NCBI GenBank assembly: GCA_963724485.1
Contig: CAVRUW010000018.1
Span: 66,215-130,214 of the forward strand
Source: an uncultured Acidobacteriota bacterium
GTDB lineage: Bacteria; Acidobacteriota; Vicinamibacteria; Vicinamibacterales; UBA2999
DNA length: 64,000 nt
Direction of reading: 5' to 3'
Below the pieces are notes generated by a model. That model was not told the DNA's origin. It ran no database searches and saw only the letters and a list, made by a program, of their open reading frames with translations. Positions within the stretch are counted from its first letter, which is position 1. Every line of letters begins with the position of its first letter. Positions 29,143 to 40,627 of the stretch are shown here, piece after piece. The position numbers and the translations under genes are program-made.

Positions 29143-30021
29143 ATGGCACTCCCCAGTACGTTCTTACTGTCTAAGCCTGTAGACGGCGCTGAGCCCATCC
29201 GGCTCGCTATCGCCAGCAAGCACCGCATGCTCCGCGCTGCGCTTCGCCTTCTGGTCGAAACGGACGACAGAATCAATGTCATAGCGGAAATGGACTCGGT
29301 CGCTGCTCTCTTCGCATTCGCGCAGATCGACCATCTGGACATCATCCTGCTTGACGAGGACTTGGCCGACCCCGCTCCAGAGGCGTTTTGGATAGCTCTG
29401 CAATTGAGTGCGCCCACTGCACGCCTGCTCCTCTTGCACGAGGGAGCCGCGCGGGCGTTTCCCAGCACGCTTGCGAGATTCCGGGGCCTCCGAATGGTCT
29501 CAAAAGGAGATTCCCCGGAAGCGCTGCTCGACGCCATCCGCAGCGCTCACGCCGGAAAAACGCTCGATTCCGCCTCCGATGCCAACAAGTCGTTCCAAGC
29601 CGCCGTGCGGCTGACGGGAGATGCGAAACAACGGGTGGTGAAAACCGGCACTTCAGCGCAACGACAGACCATCTCCGACAAGCGCGTACTCGCTGTCCTC
29701 GAAACGGTCGAAAACGACCTGCAGAAATCCGACTCCATCGACACCCTTGCCGCAAAGGTCGGCATCGGCGCTTCGCGGCTACGCCACTTGCTGCGCGATC
29801 TCGTCGGAACGTCACTGAGTAAGTTTCGGACAGAACGCCGGTTGCAAGTCGCGGCGCGTCTTCTCGCGCATAGCCACAAGCGAGTATCTGAAATCGCATA
29901 TCAAGTCGGGTTTGCTGATCCTGCAAACTTTGACAAAGCGTTTCGAAAACGTTTCGGCCTATCGCCCACCCGTTATCGACAATCGAGCTCCGATGGAGCC
30001 GCCTCGCGGGATGCTTCGTAA
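29143..30021 (+). CDS. Transcriptional regulator with an atypical receiver-like N-domain and an AraC/XylS HTH C-domain
   Basis: The C-terminus LAAKVGIGASRLRHLLRDLVGTSLSKFRTERRLQVAARLL..SEIAYQVGFADPANFDKAFRKRFGLSPTRYR is a canonical AraC HTH pair. The N-domain has a REC-like layout, but IASKH replaces the DD pocket and H replaces the conserved T. Confidence 0.8.
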   Translation: MALPSTFLLSKPVDGAEPIRLAIASKHRMLRAALRLLVETDDRINVIAEMDSVAALFAFAQIDHLDIILLDEDLADPAPEAFWIALQLSAPTARLLLLHEGAARAFPSTLARFRGLRMVSKGDSPEALLDAIRSAHAGKTLDSASDANKSFQAAVRLTGDAKQRVVKTGTSAQRQTISDKRVLAVLETVENDLQKSDSIDTLAAKVGIGASRLRHLLRDLVGTSLSKFRTERRLQVAARLLAHSHKRVSEIAYQVGFADPANFDKAFRKRFGLSPTRYRQSSSDGAASRDAS

Positions 30022-30127
30022 TCATTTGAAGGCGAATGCCCTGTGCGAACTGGGCAGGTGCCCCTGCGTCGGCGACCGCGTGAACTCGAACCGTCCCGTG
30101 TTTCACGGCTTTTATTTCCTTCTGCTT

Positions 30128-30982
30128 TCAGAAGCGAATCACGCTGTTCACGTACAAGCCGCGCAGGGCAACGGAGCCGGCATCGGCGTTCCGCCGATAG
30201 TTCACGTCCAGCGTGCGATAGCCTGCCTGGATGCCCACGTTCTGCGTAAACGTGAAGAGACCCGAGGCGTCGAAATCAATCGATCGCCCGCCGCCGCCCC
30301 ATCCATCGAAGAGCTCTGGCAGTGGAAACCACGTTAGCTCTCCCGTCAGCGCGACCCGGCGGTGCAGGTAACCCCGGGCGACTCCGCCGACAACGGGAAT
30401 GAACCCGTTGGTCACCGATGATTCCACGCCCAGGGATCCACTGCTCACCTCGGCGCCGACTCTCACGTATCTCACTTCGCCGATCACACCAGCAAACCCG
30501 CGGGGGCGCGAGATGAGGTCGTACTCGTACCCGAAATACGAGGTGTGAAAAGTGAGGCTGGCGCTCACCGGAATGCCGATGTCGAAGCTGGTTCGCCCGA
30601 ACGAAATGGTTCGTCGCAGCGTTCGTTCCGCCTCGAAGCTCGTCGGCACGTACCCCACCCGAATCTTGTGGCGCGGCGCGGGCTTCAACACGACGCGCAC
30701 CTGCGGCAGCCGCTTTCGAAGCAGACCGAGGTCGCCGACGAAATCGATGTCGGACGCTTCGATTCCCAGCGTGCCCGAAGAAATCACAACGTCGGGAGAC
30801 GCGTTCCACAGCCCGACAGCAATCTCTGCGCGGTAGGCCTCACTCCTCTCATCGCTCGGTGCCGCGGGACCCAATGCTTGTGCGTTCGCTCGCGGCACGA
30901 CCGTCATGGCAATCGCGAGAACGAGCCCGGCGGAGCCGAGGGGGGGCGGAAGGCGCCCGCGGAGTCCTCTGAACAGTTCCAT
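30128..30982 (-). CDS. Predicted outer-membrane beta-barrel protein, last gene of the PKS operon
   Basis: Signal-like MELFRGLRGRLPPPLGSAGLVLAIAMTVVPRANAQA, amphipathic beta-strand periodicity and a C-terminal ...YVNSVIRF. An alternative start exists at 31033. Confidence 0.55.
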   Translation of the reverse strand: MELFRGLRGRLPPPLGSAGLVLAIAMTVVPRANAQALGPAAPSDERSEAYRAEIAVGLWNASPDVVISSGTLGIEASDIDFVGDLGLLRKRLPQVRVVLKPAPRHKIRVGYVPTSFEAERTLRRTISFGRTSFDIGIPVSASLTFHTSYFGYEYDLISRPRGFAGVIGEVRYVRVGAEVSSGSLGVESSVTNGFIPVVGGVARGYLHRRVALTGELTWFPLPELFDGWGGGGRSIDFDASGLFTFTQNVGIQAGYRTLDVNYRRNADAGSVALRGLYVNSVIRF

Positions 30983-31139
30983 AAACACCTCTTGGGTGGT
31001 GGCGCGGTTTCTCTTTGCCTTCCCCTTTGCCATGTGCGTATCCAAGTCGGCGTTCGGACTGCACGGAACTAAAACCGCGCGGGCCCACCGACGGGCGCCG
31101 CCAAGCCAGCAAGGCGTTACCGAGCCTCGCATGCGGGGC

Positions 31140-32478
31140 TCAGAACGTTCCGACACCAGCGGGCGGTGGAGCGACGAAGCCACGGCTGATGAACTGCTGG
31201 AAGTAGTTGCCGAGCACGCGGTCATCGACCGGAGAGCAGCGAATCGAGCTGTCGGCGAGACCCACGAGCGTGTTCTGGCAGTCGAAGTTCGGCAAAAATT
31301 TCATGACTTTGTCCCCTTCTCCGCTGATGCTCAGCGAGAACACGGGGACAAGCGACGACACGACGTCTTCGCGGGACGGGCTTCGCCGCGTCAGCAACTC
31401 GGATAGCCACGAGTCATATGGCAGGGATTTCAGCCGGTAACCGAAGGTCCGCATCCAATCGGCAACTTGCCCGAGGCGGACGCGGCGCGGATTGGCAAGA
31501 TGAAAAATCTTGCCCAAAGAATCCTTCCGGCCCGCGAGATGCACGATCGCCTTGCTGATATAGTCGACTGGCGTCATATCCGTCTCGTCGAAGCGGAATA
31601 CCGGGGCCGCTTCGAGCTCGATCCAAGACCTCAGCATGCGTGAGGTCACGTCGCTCGGGTTCCAGGCACCGGTTTCGCTGTGTCCGGTAATGAGCCCGGG
31701 ACGATAGATGCACACCGGTAGGCCCCTGGCGCGCGCGGCCTGCACCAGCTTGTCCGCAACCCATTTGCTCTGGACATAGCCGCCGTACAGCGAGCCCCCG
31801 TGATCGAGCGTATCGTCTTCACGAACGACGACGAGACCGGACATCCCGATCAGCGGGAATACACCAAGACTCGACACGAAGTGCACCGGCTTCAGCTTGA
31901 TTCGAGTTGCCAGCCGCAGGAGCTCCAGCGTGCCGAGCACATTAGGCGCTTTTAACCGCTCGTATGGATAGATCCAGTTCACGCTCGCGCCGCTGTGATA
32001 GATGACGTCGATGGTGCTCGCCAGCTGCGCTGCCAATTGCGACGAGAGGCCGAGCCCCGGCATGCCGAGGTCGCCGGGGACCGGCACGATTCGCGCGCTG
32101 AAATCGTCGTGCCAGATCGAGTACCCCTGCAGCGTCTGCCGCAGCCGATTTCGAGCCTCGTCTGCGCTTCGGCGCGCACGAGGCAATGGATATCGGCGCT
32201 GGTCCGATCGAGCAGTTCCGAAGCAGGAACGCGCCAAGAAAGCCGGTCGCGCCCGTCAACAACACGTGGCGTGGTTGATCGGCCGATCGTTCGAAGGGCA
32301 GGCCTTCGGGATCGATGGACGCGTCGAGCATCGCTTCACCACTCAGCGTCGCGACATTGACCGCGAGATGGTCCACGTTGAGAGATGACTTCCCGACGTG
32401 CTTTTGCAGCAGGCGGGTGAGCAATGCGCGCTTCGCCTCCGCCGAAAGGCGGTCGAGCGCTGTCGGGGTGGGCTTCAT
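31140..32478 (-). CDS. Stand-alone thioester reductase (terminal-domain type, SDR); frame broken twice (about 32161-32179 and 32211-32224)
   Basis: HVLLTGATGFLGAFLLR / ELLDRTSADIHCLVRA / SADEARNRLRQTLQGYSIWHDDFSARIVPVPGDLGMPGLGLS...VIYHSGASVNWIYPY lie in three frames. Joined, they match the thioester-reductase domain pattern (GATGFLG...CLVRA...GDL..p.LGL). Its ATG overlaps the PKS stop (ATGA). Confidence 0.8.
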
Positions 32479-35400
32479 CCTCCCGTCTCCTCGGGTTCCT
32501 CCTCATCGTGAGCCACTGCTTCCTCGTTGAGCATGTTCTTCAGCAGCGAGTCCACGGCCGCGTCGGAGAGCTGCTCCATCTTCGATAGCAGCTCTGCGGC
32601 AGTTCCGTGTTCGACCGACGACGAGAACGTCACGTGTTCAGCAAGCGGAACGGCGTCAACCGTGGCTGCCATGGCTGGCACCGGCAGCTGGCTCGCGAGA
32701 CGAGCGCCCAGTTGGGAGAGACTCGGGCCTTGAAGAAGCGCTGTGACTGGAATGGTCAGCTCCAGGTCGACCTCGACGCGGTTCTTCAGCTCGACGGCCA
32801 TCAACGAGTCGATGCCCAGCCTCGTCAGCGGCTGATGCACATCGATCTTCGACGGCGAGCATCGCAGGACTCGTGCAATTTGCTCCACGAGGAATGCCTC
32901 GATCATCCCTTGACAGTCCTCTGGTGCGGCCGCGAGCAGCTTGTCGCGCGTCAGTCCGTCCTTGGGCCGCTGCGCCTTGGCCGATGATTTCTGATCCACC
33001 TCGGCCGCAAGCGCCGAGAGGATGGGCGGTGAAACCAGACTCAGCAGCTTGCCCCACTCGACGGAAAGGGCGATCACCTGCGGTGAATCGAGCTGAAGCG
33101 CACGTTCCAGAAGCTTCATGCCCTGAGCCGGTGAGAACGGGTGAATCCCCTGCTGCATCAGGCGCCTGGTGATGTCCGGCTGCGCGGCGAAGCCGACCTC
33201 GGCCCAGAGACCCCAATTGATCGAGAGGCCAGGAAGTCCGCGAGCGCGGCGATGGTGCGCCAGCACATCCAGGAACGTATTGGCCGCGACGTAGTTGCCC
33301 TGGCCCGGTGACGCCAGCACCGACGCCACAGACGAGAAGAGCACAAAGAGGTCGAGCGGCTTGTCGAGCGTCAGTGTATGGAGATTCCAGGCGCCGTACA
33401 CCTTCGGCGCCATCACGCGCTGGAACCGGTCCTGATTCATTTGAAGCAGGATCCCGTCGTCGAGGACTGCCGCGAGGTGAATGATACCCCGCAACGGCGG
33501 CATCGTCCCGTCGATGTCGTCGATCACGCGAGCGATTTCCTGCGTGTCGGCGACGTTGGCCCGGGCAACCACCACAGACGCGCCGCGCTTCTGCATTGCG
33601 GCCAACGCTTCGTGGGCTGCCGCCGACGTGGCACCGCTCCTGCCCACGAGCACGAGGTGGCGCGCTCCCCTCTCGACCATCCATTGGGCGAGGACCAGAC
33701 CGAGACCGCCAAGTCCACCCGTCACGAGGTAGGTCGCGTCGGATCGGAACGTGACCGGGCGAGGCGATGGCGGAGCGACCAGGAACTCCTTCTCATCCAA
33801 CGTGATGACGACTTTGCCGATGTGTTTCGCCTGAGCCATGTAGCGAAAGGCGTCGGGTGCCTGCGACAACGGAAAGATCTGAAGCGGAAGCGGCTTCAAG
33901 CTGCCGTCGACAAAGCGGTCGAGCACCTCCCGCAGCATGTCTCCGCAGAATGCCGGTCGGGACAGGAACATGCGGGCCAGGTTGATGGCGGAGAAGGACA
34001 GGTTCTTGTGGAATTCGCGAAGACCGAGCGGATTGTCCTGCAGGATATCGGCCATGCCGATTTCGAGGAACCGGCCGCCGGGACGCAGCGTCGCCAGGCT
34101 CCTGGGGATGAATTCTCCTGCCAGGGAGTTCAGGACAACGTCTACGCCTTCTCCGTTGGTGATTCGCATCACCTCGTCGGCGAACTCCAGCGACCGCGAA
34201 TCCATGACATGTCGAACGCCCTGCGCCTTGAGGAATTCCCGCTTTTCGGAGGTTCCGGCCGTGGCGTAGATCTCCGCACCGACCTGCTTCGCGATCTGAA
34301 TCGCGGCCTGTCCGACGCCGCCGGCCGCCGCATGGATCAACACGCGCTCGCCCCTACTCAACCTGCCGAGGTGATGCAGCGCGTAGTACGCGGTCATGAA
34401 CGTGATTGGGATCGTGACCGCTTCCTCGAAACTGAGATGGGCCGGCTTGCGGGCGACGAGCGCGATGTCGGTCGTGACGAACGACCCAAGGCAGGACGGC
34501 GCTAGCGCCACGACGTCGTCGCCTGGCTTCAGGTGATCGACGCCCGCACCACACCTCACGATCGTTCCGGCGCATTCCCAACCCAGATCGAGCGACTGCT
34601 CGAATACCGGCGGGATGAGGCCCATGGCCACGAGAACGTCGCGAAAGTTGAGGCCGACGGCGCGGATCTGGATCTGTACCTGGCCCGGCCCGGGCTCCTG
34701 GTGTGTGGTGCTTCGCAGCGTGAGATTGTCGAGGATCCCGGCTGTGGCGATCTCCAGCCGGAACGGCTCGCTTGCCGGGACCGATCGTCGCTTTTCGTCT
34801 GCGGCTTCGGGCGAATGCCGCACCACACGCGGCACCCATCGCTTGCCGTCTCGAAATGCAATTTGATCTTCCCGATCGCCGGACAACTGCAGCTCCTGGA
34901 ACAGTGCCTCGATCGCTTCAGGTGTCGCCGACGAGCTTAGATCTACTCTCGTGCAGCGAAGCTCCGGATGCTCGATCCCGATAACCCCCGCCACGCCCCA
35001 GAGCGGCGATTGTGCGATAGAAACGGGCGCGATCGTGTCACCAGGGGCCTGCGTTCCCACCGTGACAAACCACAGCCGGGGAACTCTCGTCCGGTCGAGA
35101 TCAGCCAACGCGTGCACGAGGTTCAATGCGCTGAGGCATCCAACGTCCTGGGCCTTCTCGATCGAACTGAGCGTATCCATTTCGTTGGACGACGAGTCCG
35201 CAGCCCACAGGTGCAGAATGCCAGCGCACGGTGAGCCGTCGGCGTCACAGGCTGTGCGACGAGTTGCCGGTAGTCCTCCGGCCGGGTCGGGTTGATCTGA
35301 AAGTGGGAATCCCCCAGCACGGCGTACGTTTCACCGGGGAACACGACAACACAACTGTCGCCACGTGCGCTCAGAAGACTCTGCAGTTCCGGACCGATCC

Positions 35401-38400
35401 GGCTGTCGCTGAAGATTATCCAGCGCTTCGGCTCTTCCGGCTTGTTGACCTCCTCGCTTCGTGCTGGCTGTGTGCGCGGCGCGGGCTGCCACTGAATCTC
35501 ATAGATCCAGTCGGCAATCGCACTCGCCGATGCATCGCGCCCGACGCGCTGCAGGCTGAAGCCGAGCGCCTCGAGAACAACGCGGCCATCTTCGTCAATC
35601 AGGAAGATATCGCCTTCGAGTGTGTCCGTGCTTCCCTGCGCTGGCGACCGAAGCACGGCATGGCTCCAGAACCCCGCACGCGGACGCTCGTGCAAGCGCA
35701 AAGTCTTGAGACCGACGGGAAGAAAGATGCTTCCTTCGGTCAACCCCAAGCCTTCTCTCGGTAGCGCCGCCGCCAACGCCTGAAAGGAGGCGTCGAGGAA
35801 AGCCGGGTGGACGTGATAACTGGCGGCTTCCGCTTCGACCACGTCCGAAAGGCGCAGTTGGCCGATCGCTTCACCATCCCGCCTCCACAGCTGCTCGATT
35901 CCTTGGAACGTGCGCCCGTACTCGAGACCGCGGTCGTGCGTTTCGCGGTAGAAGTCCGGACCCGAGAGGACGCTGGGACAGCGAGCGCGGATCACATCGA
36001 CCGTCTCGTGCGCCGGCGGCTCCGCTGTCGCGCCGCCTCCAATCCCGATGCTGCCGCTCGCGTGGAGCGTCCCGGTCGCCTCCGGTGTCTCGCCCTTCTG
36101 GATGCTGAAGAACTTGAGCGACGCCTCCCCGGGGGTTCCCGGCGAGAGCACGACCTGGACGGTCTTTGACAGATCGTCGGCCAGGAACAGCGCCTTCTGA
36201 AACGCGAGATTCCTCAGCGCATGTGGCCCGTCGCCAAACGCCTCGGACGCGGCAGCGAGCGCCATTTCGCAGAACGCCGCAGCCGGTACCACAACCGCGC
36301 CCTGCACTTGGTGATCGGCGAGGTACGGAAACGAGCGCGTGCTCAATTCCGTCTCCCAGAAATGCGTGCCGAAGTGGGCAGCCGACTTGAAGTACCGATC
36401 GAGAAGCCGATGCCCGCCCTTTCGTGCGCTCTTCGGGGGCGGCCCGTGTCCATTGTTGTCGACCCAGAAACGCTCACGCTGCCAAGCGTAGGCCGGCAGC
36501 GGAACGACGCGACCTCCCGACGGATACAGACGCGTCCAGTCTACGGGGTAGCCGTCAGCGTAGAGCGCGCCGAAGGACTCCAGCATGACGTCTCTGTCGT
36601 TCTCTTCCCGCCGCATCGATGGCAGGACGATCCCCGTCCGACGCTCCGACTGGAGGCACTGAGAGATGGACATCGCCAGCGCGGGGTGCGCGCTCAGTTC
36701 GAGAAAGATGTTGTGCCCGGTGCTTGCCAGCTCGCGGATCGCCCGGACAAAGAACACTGGTTGACGCAGGTTGCGGACCCAGTACTCTGCGTCACATTCG
36801 CGCCCGTCGAGCATCGCCGCCGCTCCGGTCGTCGACATCATCGCAACCGACGCCTGGCGCGGATGGATGTCGCCGAACACTTCGAGCAGCTCGTCGCGCA
36901 ACGGGTCCATCTGCGGGCTGTGCGACGCATAGTCGACCTTCACGAATTGAAAGAAGATCTCCTGGTTCTGCGCCGTCTGGCTGATCTCGCAGAGTGCCTC
37001 CGCCTCACCTGAGATGACCGTCGTCGTCGGGCCGTTGCAGGCGGCGACAACGACGCGGCCTTCGTAACTTTGCAAGCAGCCGCTCGACATTTTCGACCGG
37101 GAGCTCGACGACCGCCATCTTTCCATGTCCCGAGGCCCGGCGCTTGACCACCTGGCTACGACGGCCGATGATTCGCGCTGCCTCATCGAGATTGATGATG
37201 CCGGCGACGTGCGCCGCCGCAACCTCTCCCATGCTGTGACCGACTACGGCATCGGGCTCGATTCCCCACGACCGCCAGAGCGCCGCGAGCGCGACTTGAA
37301 CGGCGAAGAGAACAGGCTGCACGACATCGAGCTCCTCCAAGCGCGAACTCGACGCGTCGGCGCGGATCTCATCGAGCAGGGACCACTCCGCGTCCCGGCT
37401 CAGTGCTTCGGCACATCGCTCGATGGCCTCGCGAAAGATCCGCTCCTCGTCGACCAGCCGCCGGGCCATCCCAAGCCACTGCGACCCCTGCCCTGGACAG
37501 ACGAACACGACTTTTCGCTCGAGATCGGGGATTTGCGCCCGGTAACAACCCCGCGCCGAGTCTCGCGCTTCAAGAAGGCGTCCAGCTGCTCGTTGATGTC
37601 CTCGCAGGAACGCGCGAGCACTGAGAGACGAAAATCGTGGTGCGTCCGTCTTGCGCTTGCCGTGTAGCAGATGTCGTGAAAGGCGGCGCCGTGTCCGTTG
37701 TCATGGAGCACGCGCTCTTGATACACGCGGGCCATCGCATCGAGCGCCTCAGCCGTATGAGCGGAGATCGGCAGGAGGTGCGACTTGCACGAAGAACCCA
37801 CGTCGCGCCCCGTGCTTATCGAACGCTCGGGCGCCTCGGTCAACACCACGTGGGCGTTGGTCCCGGAGATACCAAAGGAGCTCACACCCGCAATCGCCGG
37901 CCCGACGTCAGCCGGCCACGGGGTTGTCTGCTGTTGGACAACGAGCGGAATGTCACTCCATGGAATCTGCGGGTTCGGCTGGTCGAAGTGCAGGCTCGCG
38001 GGAAGCACGTGGTGCTTCAACGCGAGCGCCACCTTGATGATGCCCGCAATGCCGGCCGCGCCCTCGGTGTGCCCGATGTTCGTCTTGACAGAGCCGATGC
38101 GGCACGGTCGATCGGAGGGTCGATCGACGCCGAGGACCGCTCCGAGAGCCATCGCTTCGATGGGATCGCCGACGCTGGTACCCGTGCCGTGCGCCTCCAC
38201 ATACTGCACCTGACTCGGCGCAATACCGCTGTCGTGATAGGCCTGGCGCAGTACCGCCTCCTGTCCCGCGCGACTCGGCGTCATCAGGAGCCCGCCGCTA
38301 CGGCCGTCGTTGTTGACGGCGCTGCCACGGATCACCGCGTAAATCGGGTCGTTGTCGGCAATCGCCTGGCTCAGCCGTTTCAAAACGATGATTCCCATTC

Positions 38401-39112
38401 CATCGCTGCGGACGAAGCCATCGCCCCTGGCATCGAATGCCTTGCAGCGGCCGTCGGCCGCCAGCATCTGCGCCTGACAGAAACCGATGCTCGGTTCCGG
38501 GAGCAGCACGAGATTCGCTCCACCGGCAAGGGCGACGGCAGATTCGCCACTTCGCAGGCTCTGGCAGGCGAGGTGCACAGCGACGAGCGACGTCGAGCAT
38601 GCGGTGTCGACGACGACACTCGGGCCTTCGAGCCCAAGCGCATGCGACAATCGGCCCGACAGAACGCTTCGGGCGTTGCCCGCCGCGAAGTAGATATCGA
38701 TCTGAGAAGGGTGATCGATGATGTTCTCGTAGTCGTTCGTGCACACGCCGACGAACACACCGACTCGTCGACCTACCAGCTGATCCGGCAATTCTCCGGC
38801 GTCCTCCAGCGCCTCCCACGCCACTTCGAGCAGCAGTCGATGCTGCGGATCCATACCGGCCGCTTCACGAGGCGAGATGCCGAAGAAGTAAGGGTCGAAC
38901 TCATCGACGTGATCGAGGAAGCCTCCCCATCGGCTATACAGCTTGCCAGGGATGCCCGGCCGCGGATCGTAAAAATCGGCGATGTCGAAACGATGCGGCG
39001 GGACCTCCGTGATCGCGTCCCGCCCGGTGAGGAGACGCCAGAAAGATTCGGGTTCCTTCGCACCGGGGAAACGACAACCGATACCAGTAATCGCAATCGG
39101 ATCGTGCGCCAT
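32475..39112 (-). CDS. Type I polyketide synthase, single fully reducing module KS-AT-DH-ER-KR-ACP (MAS-like); frame broken at about 37525-37540, 37068-37082 and 35245-35262
   Basis: - Segments: 37400..39112, 37005..37508, 35123..37222 and 32475..35180.
- KS: DTACSTS (Cys about 38597), HGTGT, NIGH.
- AT: PGQGSQW, GHSMGE (37227-37241), YASH (36920-36931).
- DH: [10 protein letters not shown] (about 36313).
- ER: [15 protein letters not shown].
- KR: [26 protein letters not shown].
- ACP: [10 protein letters not shown] (Ser about 32805).
- Start: AAGGAGG lies 11 nt upstream of the ATG at 39112. Confidence 0.9.
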
Positions 39113-39360
39113 TGCGATGCGACCTCCTTACTCCGGAGCACAGCTGCGCCGCTGGTTTTGTCAACCAACCTAACGCGTAAGGGGGAAAACGGAGAGTAGG
39201 GCAAGACCCCTCAATGCAGCAACGGGGAATCCGCGGAAATTTCAGCAATTACTAGGTCAGAACGGCAATATTTCGGAGGGGTCAGGCAAGACTGTAAAAA
39301 AACAAATCTAAGTGTCGATGGTCCGACGTTGCTTTAGGCGAACAACCAGAATGGCGAGTG

Positions 39361-40614
39361 TCAGTGTGATTCGTTTAGCTCAGGCATAACCGAAGCTAGA
39401 AACTCGACGGGCAGTCGCCGAAACCCGCGAAGTGTCGGATCGGTAGTGCGCTCGGGATCGCCTGTCAGGCGCGCGACCGCAACGCGCTTAGCAAGAAGGC
39501 GCAGGAGCACCGCTGCTTCCAGACGCGCTAGCGCGGCTCCCAGGCAGTAGTGAATGCCCGCGCCGAACGCGAGATGATCCGTCGGGTTCCGCTCGATCAG
39601 GAATCGATCGGGCTCAGGGTAGCGAGCTGGATCGCGGTTGGCCGCGCCGAAGAGCAACAGGCATCGCGCGCCTCGCGGAATTGACGCGCCGCCAATTTGA
39701 CACGGCTGAGTCGCGGTCCTGAAGAAACCCTGGATTGGCGCATCGTAACGGAGCACTTCCTCTACGGCCAATGGCACGAGATCCGGCCGCGCTCGCAACA
39801 ACGCCCATTGCTCGGGGTGCGTGGCGAAAGCGACCAGCATATTGCCAAGCAGCCCGGTGGTCGTTTCGTTTCCCGCTACCAGGAGCAGGAGCAGGAACCA
39901 CAAGAGCTCCGTCTCACTGAGTCGGCCGTCCGCACTGGGCTGGAGCAGCTTGGTGACGAGATCGTCGCGCGGCCGCTCGCGTCGTTGCTCGATAAGCCCG
40001 GCCAAATACACCTGAAGCTCCAAGACAGGCTGTGTGACAGGCGAGATCCTCCACTCGTGGTCGGCGCGTCCGGGCCGAAACCCTTCGACGAGCGCGTCCG
40101 ACCAGCTCCGAAACTTCGCGTGATCCTCGGGGGGGATGCCCAGCACCGTGGCGATAACCATCACGGGAAATGGTCCGGCAACGGCGTCGACGAAGTCGAA
40201 GCGTCCACTACCGACCAACGGATCGATCGCATCTACTGCCAGCTGCTCAATCTTTCCCGCCCATGATTCGACCGCGCGCGGCGAGAAGTCCCGCGCCACG
40301 ATCTTCCGCAGCCGGGTGTGATCGGGAGGATCCATTGTGAGCATCATCTGGAGCTTCATCCGCTGATACGCAACACCTTCGGCGGATGACAGCCGGTCGT
40401 GGGCGCGGGCTCCTTCCCACACATGACGATGCCGTGCAAGCACCCAGAGGTTGTATCGAGGAAGCAGGACGGGGGTATCGCAGTCAAGAAGGCGTGCGTA
40501 CGGAGGGTATGGGTTTGCGATCACTTCGGAGGCGAACGGATCGTAGGCCTCGCTGATGGAAACGCCGCGGGGCGGCCCCGATGACATTGAGCGAGATTGT
40601 TTGTCGCGGTGCAT
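39361..40614 (-). CDS. Cytochrome P450
   Basis: 417 aa. I-helix LLLLVAGNETT, ExxR (EEVLRYD) and heme-binding loop FGAGIHYCLGAALAR. Confidence 0.9.
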   Translation of the reverse strand: MHRDKQSRSMSSGPPRGVSISEAYDPFASEVIANPYPPYARLLDCDTPVLLPRYNLWVLARHRHVWEGARAHDRLSSAEGVAYQRMKLQMMLTMDPPDHTRLRKIVARDFSPRAVESWAGKIEQLAVDAIDPLVGSGRFDFVDAVAGPFPVMVIATVLGIPPEDHAKFRSWSDALVEGFRPGRADHEWRISPVTQPVLELQVYLAGLIEQRRERPRDDLVTKLLQPSADGRLSETELLWFLLLLLVAGNETTTGLLGNMLVAFATHPEQWALLRARPDLVPLAVEEVLRYDAPIQGFFRTATQPCQIGGASIPRGARCLLLFGAANRDPARYPEPDRFLIERNPTDHLAFGAGIHYCLGAALARLEAAVLLRLLAKRVAVARLTGDPERTTDPTLRGFRRLPVEFLASVMPELNESH

Positions 40615-40627
40615 CGTCTGTCAACGT

